From assembly GCA_044348085.1 (NCBI GenBank), contig JBIKTM010000005.1, positions 14,563 through 78,562 of the forward strand: DNA of 64,000 nt, written 5' to 3'. The first letter of the stretch is position 1, and the number at the start of each line of letters is the position of its first letter. The stretch comes from Candidatus Methylacidiphilales bacterium (GTDB taxonomy: Bacteria; Verrucomicrobiota; Verrucomicrobiia; Methylacidiphilales; Verrucolacustridaceae). Positions 35,601 to 45,492 of the stretch are shown here, one piece after another. The notes under the pieces are model-generated. The model was not told the origin of the DNA, made no database searches, and saw only the letters and a list, made by a program, of their open reading frames with translations. The translations under genes were made by a program, and so were the position numbers.

Positions 35601-37196
35601 TTAGACCGTGCAGCTACGACTGAATTTCATCTCCTCCACTTTGGAGGGAACGATGACGCAGTCGTGGTGTCCGCCGAAGTTGGGCATATAGCCGACCTGT
35701 TCTAAAGTATCCTGCCGGAAGACAAAGGCGCCGGATTCCATTCGTTGGAATCCCGAAAAGATCACCAAGGCATATTTTCCATCATAGGTTGTGGCTGTGG
35801 TCTGAGTATCGACTCCGACATTTCGGAACTTTTTGACGACTTTCCAGTCCTTGGTGCTCACGACATAAACATCCGATTTCATCGGCTTTGGTCGGAGAAC
35901 GGTGAAGAAGCATTTTGAACCATCGATGGAGAAGTTGACGTGGAAGGGGGAGGGATATTCGCCCTGCCACTCTTTGTCCTTGATGAAGGTAACCCGCTTC
36001 CATGCCCGTGGATCGTCGCTGGAGGTGTCGAATACGGCAACGTTGTTGGCGCGTAGATTGTTCATCATAACCAGGTGATTGCCAGAAGGATTGAATCCGG
36101 TCTCGTGGATGGGGTTGCCGACGGAAGGTAGGGTGACTTCCCAGGTGTCCGGGCTGTTCGAGACTTTTTTCACGGGCCAGTTGTCAGCGAGACCTTCGTT
36201 CGCCATCACGTAGCAAACGGGCTCCATAGAGGTGCGGTCGATGATAAAACCGCCTCCGCACATGCGAAGGCCGGCGATGGAGTAGCGGTTGCGCGGGTCG
36301 TGCAGGCAAAAATCCAGACCCGTCAGGGTATGGGGGCTAGCACCAGGAGTTTGGCCTTTCTCGACGAGGAGTTCTGCCATGGGAGCCATCTCGTAGTTAA
36401 GTTTGTTTCCCTTCGTCCCGTAATAGTCGTACTTCCCGTCTTTTCCTGGGGCCAGTTTAATGAGTCGGATGGTTCCGCCCTTCGTCCAAGTTTCTGCCAG
36501 AACCTTCGAGTTGGGGACCCAATCGCCCCGGAAGGAGGTAAGGACTTTGGTTTTATCCTGGCCGCGGGCCCGGGAGAAAAATCCCACCACATCCTTCTGA
36601 CCGTCGGCGCAGGCAAAACCATTTCCATCTGGGAAAGGGACAGTATGGACGCCTAAACCGATTCCCGTCGTTTCGGAAACATCCTCAAGGAGTTCCATCT
36701 GATTTGATTTTCCATCGTACCCGACGCGGTAGATGTGATTCCCCATTCCGTATTTGTCGAGCATGCCGTGCTCTTTGATTTTCGTATTGAGGCCGTACAT
36801 TAGGACATTATCGCCACCTTGGGTGGAGTTAATGAATTCAAAGCCTTTGTAGGGGTCTCCGCTATCGGCATAGAAGGCAGCCAAATGGTGGGAGATCGGG
36901 CAGGAGTCCCCGTAGTTCCAGTAGGAAATCCATGAGAGGGTTTTTTGAGTTCCCAAATCGACGGCATGGGTTCCTCCGCCCAGCTTTTGTGGGGTGAGAT
37001 AGATATATTTTCCAAGGGATTCGCGGATGCCTTGGTAGACGGCATCTTCGATTAGGATCCCGTCTTCGTTTTTAGCGGCGTAGGAGGTACCAGGAAGGTA
37101 GCGGGTTAGACCGGCACCCGTAAGCCCGGCCAGACCAGCGAATCCGTAATAAAAGAAGCGACGACGGCTGATTTTTTCAAGGTGGGCATTCGACAT
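35601..37196 (-). CDS. Tat-exported thiocyanate dehydrogenase (TcDH)-like copper beta-propeller protein
   Basis: Twin-Arg signal SRRRFF. Motifs match TcDH as recalled: PQKLGG, WNYGDSCPISHH, DPYKGFEF, GLGVH, DGQKD, GNKLNYE, GLD, IHETGF, YPSPFH, TYDGK, GHHD. Confidence 0.88.
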   Translation of the reverse strand: MSNAHLEKISRRRFFYYGFAGLAGLTGAGLTRYLPGTSYAAKNEDGILIEDAVYQGIRESLGKYIYLTPQKLGGGTHAVDLGTQKTLSWISYWNYGDSCPISHHLAAFYADSGDPYKGFEFINSTQGGDNVLMYGLNTKIKEHGMLDKYGMGNHIYRVGYDGKSNQMELLEDVSETTGIGLGVHTVPFPDGNGFACADGQKDVVGFFSRARGQDKTKVLTSFRGDWVPNSKVLAETWTKGGTIRLIKLAPGKDGKYDYYGTKGNKLNYEMAPMAELLVEKGQTPGASPHTLTGLDFCLHDPRNRYSIAGLRMCGGGFIIDRTSMEPVCYVMANEGLADNWPVKKVSNSPDTWEVTLPSVGNPIHETGFNPSGNHLVMMNNLRANNVAVFDTSSDDPRAWKRVTFIKDKEWQGEYPSPFHVNFSIDGSKCFFTVLRPKPMKSDVYVVSTKDWKVVKKFRNVGVDTQTTATTYDGKYALVIFSGFQRMESGAFVFRQDTLEQVGYMPNFGGHHDCVIVPSKVEEMKFSRSCTV

Positions 37197-37272
37197 AGGA
37201 TCAATTTGTGTTTCGGGAATATAAGATCAAGAGTTAAAGCAATCCGGTGATTCGGACATTTTAACAAGTGTC

Positions 37273-38283
37273 TCAGCGGCGGAAGAAAAGGTGGTTGGAG
37301 AGGTAGTAAAGTTTTCCGGCTTGAAGGTGGAAGGATTCGGGAACCAGACTGACCTGAACTTTGGTGTTTGTATCCTGCTTTTGACCTAGGAACCTGAAAA
37401 GTCGGCTGAAGTGGAAGGGGGCTGTGTAGCGAATGACGGGTGCATCGACTGGGAGCTTTGCAATTTCTCGCGCGTCAGCGATTGCGTCTTGGAGGTATCC
37501 AGTGGCATCAACCAGTTTCAGATCCAGGGCTTGCTTGCCTGAAACGATCCGACCATCCGCCACCTGGGTTGGTAATTTATGGTCAGGAAAATCACGTTCG
37601 GTGACCACGATAGAGGAGAAGCGCTCAAAGGTTTCGGCAATCATATCTTGGACCAGTTTCTTTTCGGATTCTGAGGCGGGTCGGGCTGGATTCAGAAGGT
37701 CTTTGAGGGCTCCGCTTTTGAAGGTGAGGGTGGAAAGGCCGAGGATTTTGGAGAGCCCTTCGTAGTTCAGTGCTTGCATGATGACGCCGATACTTCCTGT
37801 GATGCAAAGTTCATGAGCGACGATGTGGGATCCGCCCATGGCGGTGTAGTAACCGCCCGATGCTCCGACTGAGTCGAGGTAGACGATCACGGGTTTATCT
37901 TCACGAACGAGGGTAAGTTCATGATAGAGGTTGTCGCTGGCGGTGACTTCGCCACCCGGGCTATCGATATGAAGAAGAATGGCTGCGACGGAATCGTCAT
38001 TGGCGGCCTGACGGATCTGGAGAATGACATCGTCGACCATGCTGGAACCAATTTCACCTGGGATTTCCTGAGCTATGACTCCAAAGAGGTCGATCTTGGC
38101 GATGCGTTTTTTCTGTGAATCGTCTCCTTCGACAAACTCTTCATCGAAGTAGGGGGCTGGTTGGACATGGGAGGAGTTGGAGAGCAGTTGATGGTCTTTG
38201 GAAAGGAAGAGGAGATTGGCGAGGAGGCTGCTTCCGAGCAGAATCAGGCCAACGATGAAAAGGAGTTTTGATTGGCGAGCCAT
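37273..38283 (-). CDS. sppA: Signal peptide peptidase SppA (S49)
   Basis: LHIDSPGGEVTASD, GASGGYY, TGSIGVI, KSGALKD, ADGRIVSG. Confidence 0.93.
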   Translation of the reverse strand: MARQSKLLFIVGLILLGSSLLANLLFLSKDHQLLSNSSHVQPAPYFDEEFVEGDDSQKKRIAKIDLFGVIAQEIPGEIGSSMVDDVILQIRQAANDDSVAAILLHIDSPGGEVTASDNLYHELTLVREDKPVIVYLDSVGASGGYYTAMGGSHIVAHELCITGSIGVIMQALNYEGLSKILGLSTLTFKSGALKDLLNPARPASESEKKLVQDMIAETFERFSSIVVTERDFPDHKLPTQVADGRIVSGKQALDLKLVDATGYLQDAIADAREIAKLPVDAPVIRYTAPFHFSRLFRFLGQKQDTNTKVQVSLVPESFHLQAGKLYYLSNHLFFRR

Positions 38284-39268
38284 GAGAAAGGTAAGGATGC
38301 GTCAGATTGAGGCGCAGGGCAAGGGGGTGTGGAGCCGAATGGTTCAGGCGGTGGGATCGGAGTTGGGACGGGGTGCAAAAGTGGCGGTGGGAATTTCGGG
38401 TGGAGCAGACAGCGTAGTTTTAGCCGAGGCTATTCTGAGGAGTGGAGGGGAGCCGATTCTTTTGCATTTCAATCACCGTTGGAGGGGGCGGGTGGGGGAT
38501 AAGGATGCGTTGTGGGTGAAGACGTGGGGCAAGAGGAGGGGTTTGAGAGTGGTGGTAGGGCGTTCCCATAAGCCTGGGAGGACGGGGGAGGGTGAGGCGC
38601 GGGAATTGAGATGGGACTTCTTTCGCAAGGCGATGAGACGAATTGGAGTGAAGCAGTTGTGGCTTGCGCAGCAAGCGGATGACCAAGCGGAGACGGTTTT
38701 AATGCAGTTACTTCGTGGAGCAGGGGTGGATGGAATGGCTGGAATGACAGTGCGATCCAAATCATCTGGATTGGATGTGGTGCGACCTCTTTTGGGGTTT
38801 ACGCGGAAGGAGGTGAGAGATGCGGCAAGGGAGGAGGGCTTGCGTTGGAGGGAGGACAAGACGAATGAGGATGAGAAGGGATGGAGATCCCGCGTGCGTC
38901 ACAAAGTTTTGCCGTACTTGTCGAAGACGTATGGGCGCGAGGTGCGGGGGGCGTTGTGTCGTGCGGCAGAAATCTTTGCTGGGGAGAAAGAGTATTGGGA
39001 AAAGGAGCTAGGAAAAATTTCGACTCGGCCAGATGTACGGGATTGGAGGAAAAAAGAGGTGGCTTGGCAGAGGCGTGCGATTCGAATTTGGTTGGGGATG
39101 AGGGGTCATCGTGGAGCAACTTTTGCGGAGGTTGAGGGAGTTCGTAAATACGTGGTGATGGGAAAGAGCAGTGGCTGGCAGTTCAAAGGAGGCAGGGTGA
39201 CGAGATCTAAAAACAAGCTCTTCTGGATCAAGGAGATGGGTCGCATTGCACACGCAGGGCAATCGTGA
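38282..39268 (+). CDS. tilS: tRNA(Ile)-lysidine synthetase (short form)
   Basis: SGGADS PP-loop, ARELRW, AQQADDQAETVLMQLLRGAG, RPLL, DKTN; start uncertain (38282/38297/38339). Confidence 0.9.
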   Translation: MRKVRMRQIEAQGKGVWSRMVQAVGSELGRGAKVAVGISGGADSVVLAEAILRSGGEPILLHFNHRWRGRVGDKDALWVKTWGKRRGLRVVVGRSHKPGRTGEGEARELRWDFFRKAMRRIGVKQLWLAQQADDQAETVLMQLLRGAGVDGMAGMTVRSKSSGLDVVRPLLGFTRKEVRDAAREEGLRWREDKTNEDEKGWRSRVRHKVLPYLSKTYGREVRGALCRAAEIFAGEKEYWEKELGKISTRPDVRDWRKKEVAWQRRAIRIWLGMRGHRGATFAEVEGVRKYVVMGKSSGWQFKGGRVTRSKNKLFWIKEMGRIAHAGQS

Positions 39269-39289
39269 TAATCTTTAGCTCTTCAGTTT

Positions 39290-41371
39290 ATGCCTAACCC
39301 TCGTTCAAACTCACGCAAGCCCCCCAAGTTGCCACGTCCACCCGTTCGCCGACAGGACCCGAATAAAGCGGATGGGCCGAACTGGAGAGGCGTTGTTTTA
39401 TTTTTAGTCTCTGCCTCCGTTTTGCTTTTGGCGTTTTATGCCCATCAAAGTCAGAATGCGGCATCGGTTCGTGATTTAACCTTTGCGGAATTTGAAGGGT
39501 ATTTGAAGGAGGGGAAGGTCAAGGATGTGACCTTAAATGTGGAGCCGGCTGTGAACGTGCGTTGGCTTTCGGGAAAATTCGAGCCACCTGAGGCGCTCAA
39601 GAAAAGCGTACGAACGGATGCGCAGGGTTATACGGGATACAAGGTGACGGTAGATCTGGCCTTTAAACAGAATTTGGAGCAGGTGCTGGCGGCAAATGGA
39701 TTTCCCCAGGTAAGTCAAAAGGTGATCGATAATTCAACATGGCAAGCTTTGGCGGGGACACTGCCCTTTGTCCTTTTTGTTCTGATCATGTACTTTTTCT
39801 TCCGGCAACAGATTCGGATGGCAGGGAAATCGGCTTTTAGTTTTGGTAAGAGCAAAGCGCGGATTCTTTCGAAGGATAAAAACAAGGTCACCTTTGCGGA
39901 TGTGGCTGGGGTGGAAGAGGCGAAGGATGAGGTGAGTGAGATTGTGGAGTTTTTGCGGGATCCAAAAAAGTTTCAGAAATTAGGCGGACGGATTCCTAAG
40001 GGAATTTTGATGGTAGGACCTCCGGGAACGGGAAAAACTCTTTTGGCGAAGGCGATTGCGGGGGAAGCGGATGTTCCATTTTACGGAATCAGCGGTTCCG
40101 ATTTTGTGGAGATGTTTGTGGGTGTGGGAGCTTCCCGTGTGCGAGATATGTTTGAGCAGGGGAAGAAGACAGCTCCGTGTTTGATTTTCATTGATGAGAT
40201 TGATGCCGTGGGGCGGAGTCGGGGTCACGGAGTGGGGGGTGGGCACGATGAGAGAGAGCAGACATTGAATGCCCTCTTGGTGGAGATGGATGGAATTGAT
40301 ACGGCGGAGGGGGTGATCATTATTGCAGCGACGAATCGTAAGGATGTGTTGGATCCGGCGCTGTTACGTCCAGGACGGTTTGATCGGGAGGTGCACATCA
40401 ATCTTCCTGACGTCAAAGGTCGTGAGGAGATTCTAAAGGTGCATGCGAAAAAGGTGAAAGCAATGGAGACCGTGTCTTGGGCTACGCTTGCGCGAAGCAC
40501 CCCTGGTTTTTCGGGAGCGGAGCTGGCCAACGTGATCAATGAGGCGGCTTTGATGGCGGCTCGGAGAGATGCGGAAGCGATCACTCAGGCGGATCTAGAG
40601 GAGGCGAGGGACAAGGTGCGGTTCGGACGGGAGCGCAGGAGCTTGGCGATGAGTGATGAGCAGAAAAAGCTGACGGCCTATCATGAAGCGGGGCATGCCA
40701 TGTTGAATCTTGCTCTGGAGCATACGGATCCTCTGCACAAAGTTTCGATCATACCGCGTGGTCCTGCGTTAGGGGTGACGATGATGTTGCCGATTGAAGA
40801 TCGGTATGGGTATGGAAAGAAAAAGGTGTTGGATGACCTTTGTGTTGCGATGGGGGGAAGAGTGGCCGAGGAGATGTTTTTGGGGGATATCTCCAGCGGT
40901 GCCAGTGGGGACATTAAGATGGCCACGTGGTATGCGAAGAAGATGGTTTGTGAGTGGGGAATGAGTGGTCGTATGGGAATGATCGAATATGGGGATCATG
41001 AGGATTATGTTTTCCTGGGTCGGGATATTGGCCGGTCGAGGGGATATAGCGAGAAGACGGCACGGGAGATTGATGAGGAAGTGCATCAGATCGTCAACGG
41101 AGCCCATGAGCGGGCAAAAAAGATTTTGGAGGAAAACCGGGCAAAGGTGGAACTCATTGCGTCGGCCCTGCTGGAGTATGAGACTTTGGATGGGGCTCAA
41201 GTGGAGGAGATTGTGAAGCATGGGCGAATGATGAATCCGCCTCCCAAAGGATTATCAGCACCTTCGACGCCAACCCCTAGCGAGTCTCTTCCCGTGAATC
41301 GGCCGATTGAGAAGGTGAAGGACAAAGGCGGAATTTTGCCTGGGTTGGAAGGCGCACCTGCTGGGGCGTAA
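39290..41371 (+). CDS. ftsH: ATP-dependent zinc metalloprotease FtsH
   Basis: Two TM helices, [32 protein letters not shown]. Confidence 0.98.
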   Translation: MPNPRSNSRKPPKLPRPPVRRQDPNKADGPNWRGVVLFLVSASVLLLAFYAHQSQNAASVRDLTFAEFEGYLKEGKVKDVTLNVEPAVNVRWLSGKFEPPEALKKSVRTDAQGYTGYKVTVDLAFKQNLEQVLAANGFPQVSQKVIDNSTWQALAGTLPFVLFVLIMYFFFRQQIRMAGKSAFSFGKSKARILSKDKNKVTFADVAGVEEAKDEVSEIVEFLRDPKKFQKLGGRIPKGILMVGPPGTGKTLLAKAIAGEADVPFYGISGSDFVEMFVGVGASRVRDMFEQGKKTAPCLIFIDEIDAVGRSRGHGVGGGHDEREQTLNALLVEMDGIDTAEGVIIIAATNRKDVLDPALLRPGRFDREVHINLPDVKGREEILKVHAKKVKAMETVSWATLARSTPGFSGAELANVINEAALMAARRDAEAITQADLEEARDKVRFGRERRSLAMSDEQKKLTAYHEAGHAMLNLALEHTDPLHKVSIIPRGPALGVTMMLPIEDRYGYGKKKVLDDLCVAMGGRVAEEMFLGDISSGASGDIKMATWYAKKMVCEWGMSGRMGMIEYGDHEDYVFLGRDIGRSRGYSEKTAREIDEEVHQIVNGAHERAKKILEENRAKVELIASALLEYETLDGAQVEEIVKHGRMMNPPPKGLSAPSTPTPSESLPVNRPIEKVKDKGGILPGLEGAPAGA

Positions 41372-41386
41372 GCTTTTCTTTCTGGG

Positions 41387-42223
41387 GTGATGAATTTCCC
41401 GGCCACAGTGAAGTGGCAGTGTGGGAATCGAAGGATCGAGATTCAGGCGGGCCGCCCTTTTCTCCTCGGAATCCTCAATGTAACGCCCGACTCCTTCTCC
41501 GATGGGGGTAAGTATGAGAAACGGGATACGGCGGTGCGGAGAGGTTTGGAGTTGTGTGAGGTGGCGGATGGGGTGGATGTGGGGGGTGAATCGACAAGGC
41601 CTGGGGCGGAGGCAATTTCAGCCAAGGAGGAGAGGCAAAGGGTGATTCCCGTTTTAAAGCAGATTCGAAGTGAGAGGCCTGATGTTTTTTTGTCGGTCGA
41701 CACCTACAAGATGGAGGTAGCCAAGGCGGCGGTGGAGGAAGCCGGGGTGGAGGTGGTGAACGATGTGGGTGGTGGAAGGTGGGATGAGGGGATGTGGGAT
41801 TGGTTGGGTGGTACGAGGGTGGGTTATGTATGTATGCATGCTGGGGGTAAGCCCCAAGAGATGCAGAAAAACCCTTCCTATCAAAACGTGGTCAAAGAGG
41901 TGGGTCACTTTTTTGAACAACGAATGAATGGAATGGAGAAAGCGGGGATTGAAGCGGAGAGGGTAGTGCTGGATGTGGGGGTGGGTTTTGGCAAGTTGGC
42001 GGAGCATAACCGAGCCTTGCTGGAAGGGGATTGGGGGGGGGTGTCTCGTCCCTTGATGTGGGGATTGTCACGGAAATCGTTTCTTGGGGTGACGGAAAAG
42101 GAGAAAGGTTTGAAAAGTCGGGATGAGGCGTTGGATTGGTGGCATAGGGAACTATTAACTAAGGGGAGGCCTATGGTTTGGCGTGTTCACGATCCTGCCC
42201 GAGTGCGAGCAAATTTGTTTTAA
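41387..42223 (+). CDS. folP: Dihydropteroate synthase
   Basis: GILNVTPDSFSDGG, DVGGESTRPGA, SVDTYK, DVGVGFGK, SRKSF, RVHD. Confidence 0.95.
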   Translation: MMNFPATVKWQCGNRRIEIQAGRPFLLGILNVTPDSFSDGGKYEKRDTAVRRGLELCEVADGVDVGGESTRPGAEAISAKEERQRVIPVLKQIRSERPDVFLSVDTYKMEVAKAAVEEAGVEVVNDVGGGRWDEGMWDWLGGTRVGYVCMHAGGKPQEMQKNPSYQNVVKEVGHFFEQRMNGMEKAGIEAERVVLDVGVGFGKLAEHNRALLEGDWGGVSRPLMWGLSRKSFLGVTEKEKGLKSRDEALDWWHRELLTKGRPMVWRVHDPARVRANLF

Positions 42224-42273
42224 TGTGTGGATTTTCTCGTTTGCGTAGGTGTGCGGTAAGGTAGGCTTATGGG

Positions 42274-42813
42274 ATGAGCGAAGAGATTCAACTGAAGAGA
42301 GAAGTTGAGGCGACGGCGATTCCTGCGGGAACAAAAAAGAAGTTGATGGAGGGGACTGCGGTTGTGGTAACGCAAGATTTGGGAGGAACCTTTACGATTC
42401 ATGCGACAGCAGAGGGCGGGCTTTATCGAATTGAGGGAAAGGATGCGGATGCGCTGGGACGAAAAGTGGCTGAGGTGAGTGGTGTTGAGTCGGGTAAAGA
42501 GGCTGGGGAGGAGGAGGTTTGGGCAGTTTTGAAGACCTGTTATGATCCTGAGATTCCTGTGAATATTGTGGATCTGGGGCTGATTTACAGCATGGAACTA
42601 AAGAATACGGACGGCGGAGGAAAGAGAGCCGATGTGAAGATGACGTTGACGGCGCAGGGGTGTGGGATGGGGCCGTCTATCGCTGCGGATGCGCGACAGA
42701 AGATTTTGAGCCTCACTGGAGTCCAAGAGGCGCAGGTGGATGTAGTGTGGGATCCGCCTTGGGGGCCCCAGATGATCACTCCGGATGGTCGCAAGAAGTT
42801 GGGGATGGATTAG
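42274..42813 (+). CDS. sufT: Fe-S cluster assembly protein SufT (DUF59)
   Basis: REVEATAIPAG..TQDLGGTFT N-terminus; KTCYDPEIPVNIVDLGLIY, MTLTAQGCGMG, WDPPW. Confidence 0.88.
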   Translation: MSEEIQLKREVEATAIPAGTKKKLMEGTAVVVTQDLGGTFTIHATAEGGLYRIEGKDADALGRKVAEVSGVESGKEAGEEEVWAVLKTCYDPEIPVNIVDLGLIYSMELKNTDGGGKRADVKMTLTAQGCGMGPSIAADARQKILSLTGVQEAQVDVVWDPPWGPQMITPDGRKKLGMD

Positions 42814-42817
42814 TCGG

Positions 42818-43537
42818 ATGTTTGTCATTCCCTCGATTGATCTGATGGCGGGCGAAGTGGTGCGTCTGGCCCAAGGCAAAGCCACCGAGAAGAAGGTTTA
42901 CAGCAAGGATCCGATGGCGATGGCGAGGCGTTGGGAGAAAGTGGATGGGAAGGTTCTTCATTTGGTCGATCTGGAAGGTGCTTTTGAAGGCCAGATGCGA
43001 AATCTGGAGATGATCGGGCAGATTGCCCGTTCCGTTAAGATGCCGTGCCAAGTCGGAGGGGGAATTCGGGATCTGGCCGTAGCTGAAAAAATACTGAAGG
43101 CAGGTGCGATGAGGGTGATTTTTGGAAGCGTGGCTTGTGATTCCCCCGAGACGATTGATGAGGCGGTAAAGAAATTCGGACCAGAGAGAGTGGTGGTGGG
43201 GATCGATGCGCGTGATGGGGTGGTAGAAACACGTGGATGGACTAAGCCGAGTGGGTGGAAGGCGGTGGATCTTGCGGCACGAATGGCGAAGGGTGGAGTC
43301 ATTCGAATTATTTATACGGACGTGGTACGTGATGGGATGATGACCGGCCCGAACATTCCAGCGGTGCAGGAGATGATCCGTGCCTTCCCTGGAAAGGTGA
43401 TCTCCTCGGGGGGAATCAGTGGCCTGAAAGATCTTCAGGCTCTCGATAAGGCGGGAGGAGTTGAGGGGGTGATCGTTGGACGCGCGCTTTACGAGGGTGC
43501 GATGGAGGATGAAGTGTGTCGGTTGAGTACGTTTTAA
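42818..43537 (+). CDS. hisA: ProFAR isomerase
   Basis: VIPSIDL, LHLVDL, QVGGGIR, YTDVVRDGMMTGPN, SSGG, GRALY. Confidence 0.95.
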   Translation: MFVIPSIDLMAGEVVRLAQGKATEKKVYSKDPMAMARRWEKVDGKVLHLVDLEGAFEGQMRNLEMIGQIARSVKMPCQVGGGIRDLAVAEKILKAGAMRVIFGSVACDSPETIDEAVKKFGPERVVVGIDARDGVVETRGWTKPSGWKAVDLAARMAKGGVIRIIYTDVVRDGMMTGPNIPAVQEMIRAFPGKVISSGGISGLKDLQALDKAGGVEGVIVGRALYEGAMEDEVCRLSTF

Positions 43538-45492
43538 AGGAAGCGGTCAGATCGGGCGACGGGCCGACGATTGATTACGCCAAGGAGTTGAATTCCGAAC
43601 AACTGGAGGCTGTCACGGCTCCTCCAGGTCCGATGTTGGTGATTGCGGGTGCGGGGAGTGGAAAGACCCGGACCTTGACCTATCGGGTGGCATGGTTGGT
43701 GGAGCATGGGGTGGCTCCAGAAAGCATTCTTCTTCTTACCTTCACAAACAAAGCGTCGAAAGAGATGTTGGCGCGTGTCGGGTCTTTATTGCCTCACGAT
43801 CTTTCCCGTCTCTGGGGGGGGACGTTTCATCATGTGGGAAACCGAATCTTGCGACGTCATGCAGATCGGGTGGGCTATCCGAAAGACTTCACTATTTTAG
43901 ACCGAGAGGATGCGGAGGATCTTATCTCTGCGAGCTTAGGTGAGGCAGGAGTGGATCCCAAGGACAAGAGGTTTCCCAAGGCTCAAGTCTTGGCAGAGAT
44001 CTTTAGTTTAGCGGCAAATCACAGAACGAATTGTGGATCGATTCTTAAAAGTCAGTTTGGGTACTTCACGGAGTTCGAGAGCTGGATCACGAAAGTCGGG
44101 GAGATCTATCTGCGTAGAAAGAGGGACAGTTCCTCGATGGACTATGACGACCTCCTGACATTGCCGTTACGTCTATTAGAGCAAGAGGGGGATTTGAAAG
44201 AGCAGTATCGGGCCAGGTTTCAGCATGTGCTGGTGGACGAGTATCAGGACACAAACCGTTTGCAGTCAGATTTTGTGGATGCGATTGGGGGAGGGCACCA
44301 TCAGATCATGGCGGTAGGAGACGATGCGCAGAGCATCTACTCGTGGAGGGGTGCCAAGGTAGAGCATATATTGAGTTTTCCCGAACGGCATCCTGGAACC
44401 AAGATGGTTAGGCTGGAGACGAATTATCGAAGCATTCCTCAGATCCTTGATCTGGCGAATCATTCGATTTCTCATAATCCGAAGCAGTTTCCAAAGAATT
44501 TGAAGGCGGTACGGGAGGCGGGTGTGAAACCCGCGGTGGTGGCGCTGGAGGATGGGGGTCAACAGGCCAATTTTGTGGCGCAGCGGATTCTGGAGCTACA
44601 TGAGGAAGGTGCAAATCTATCTGACATTGCCATTTTGTATCGAGCCCACTTTCATGCCATGGAGATGCAGTTGGAGTTAACGCGGAGAAACATTCCTTAC
44701 ACGATCACTTCTGGTCTTAGGTTCTTCGAGCAGGCTCATATCAAAGACGTGGCGGCGCATTTGCGGCTGTCGTTAAATCCAAAAGATGAGGTGGCTTTTC
44801 ACCGAATGGCAAAGTTGTTGCCTGGGGTGGGGCCGAGGTCGGCGACCAAGATGTGGCAGGAGGTTCAGTCCGGAAAGGGGCTGGGGCAGCTGAAGGTTCC
44901 GGAAAAGGGGGCAAAGGGATGGAGTCAGATGGTGCAAACCCTGTCTCAGCTCAAAGGAAAAGATCCTTCGGAGCAGGTGAAGATCGTAGTGGAGGGAAGT
45001 TATGGGGATTATGTGAAGGCAAAGTACGCGAATGCCGCAAATCGGTTAGATGATTTGCGGCAGTTAGAGGATTATGCGGCGGGGTATACGGATCTGGCGG
45101 AGTTTCTAGGCCAGTTGGCTCTTTTGGGGAATACGGAGACTGAGGTGGCTCAACGTTCGCGGGATGAGGGGGAGGAAGCGGTAAAGTTGAGCACGATTCA
45201 TCAGGCCAAGGGATTGGAGTATGGAACAGTGTTTGTCATCATGTTGTGCGAGGGCATGTTCCCATCGAGTCGTTCTATGGAATCTCCAGAGGGGGAAGAG
45301 GAGGAGAGGCGACTCTTTTACGTGGCAGCGACAAGGGCGAAGGATGAACTGTATCTAACTCACCCAAGGTTGCGGATGGGAAAGGGAGGAGATGCTTGGC
45401 AGACACCTTCACGCTTCCTAAATGAACTTTCGAAGGAGTTGGTCAATGTATGGCGGGTCAAAGGCGCGGCAGGAGCTGGGGACTGGAGTTAG
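43516..45492 (+). CDS. uvrD: UvrD/PcrA ATP-dependent DNA helicase
   Basis: AGAGSGKT, LTFTNKA, VDEYQDTN, VGDDAQSIY, NYRS, STIHQAKGLE, EERRLFYVA. Confidence 0.94.
   Translation: MSVEYVLKEAVRSGDGPTIDYAKELNSEQLEAVTAPPGPMLVIAGAGSGKTRTLTYRVAWLVEHGVAPESILLLTFTNKASKEMLARVGSLLPHDLSRLWGGTFHHVGNRILRRHADRVGYPKDFTILDREDAEDLISASLGEAGVDPKDKRFPKAQVLAEIFSLAANHRTNCGSILKSQFGYFTEFESWITKVGEIYLRRKRDSSSMDYDDLLTLPLRLLEQEGDLKEQYRARFQHVLVDEYQDTNRLQSDFVDAIGGGHHQIMAVGDDAQSIYSWRGAKVEHILSFPERHPGTKMVRLETNYRSIPQILDLANHSISHNPKQFPKNLKAVREAGVKPAVVALEDGGQQANFVAQRILELHEEGANLSDIAILYRAHFHAMEMQLELTRRNIPYTITSGLRFFEQAHIKDVAAHLRLSLNPKDEVAFHRMAKLLPGVGPRSATKMWQEVQSGKGLGQLKVPEKGAKGWSQMVQTLSQLKGKDPSEQVKIVVEGSYGDYVKAKYANAANRLDDLRQLEDYAAGYTDLAEFLGQLALLGNTETEVAQRSRDEGEEAVKLSTIHQAKGLEYGTVFVIMLCEGMFPSSRSMESPEGEEEERRLFYVAATRAKDELYLTHPRLRMGKGGDAWQTPSRFLNELSKELVNVWRVKGAAGAGDWS

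Noticed and set aside
35595-35613. Programmed frameshift fusing the TcDH-like protein to the permease
   Set aside because: The frames overlap, but there is no slippery sequence, and a Tat-exported enzyme fused to a cytoplasm-initiated permease is topologically implausible.
35601-37196. Nitrous oxide reductase NosZ or cytochrome cd1
   Set aside because: Tat beta-propeller with His pairs, but no C-terminal CuA domain, no CxxCH and no nos genes; motifs fit TcDH much better.
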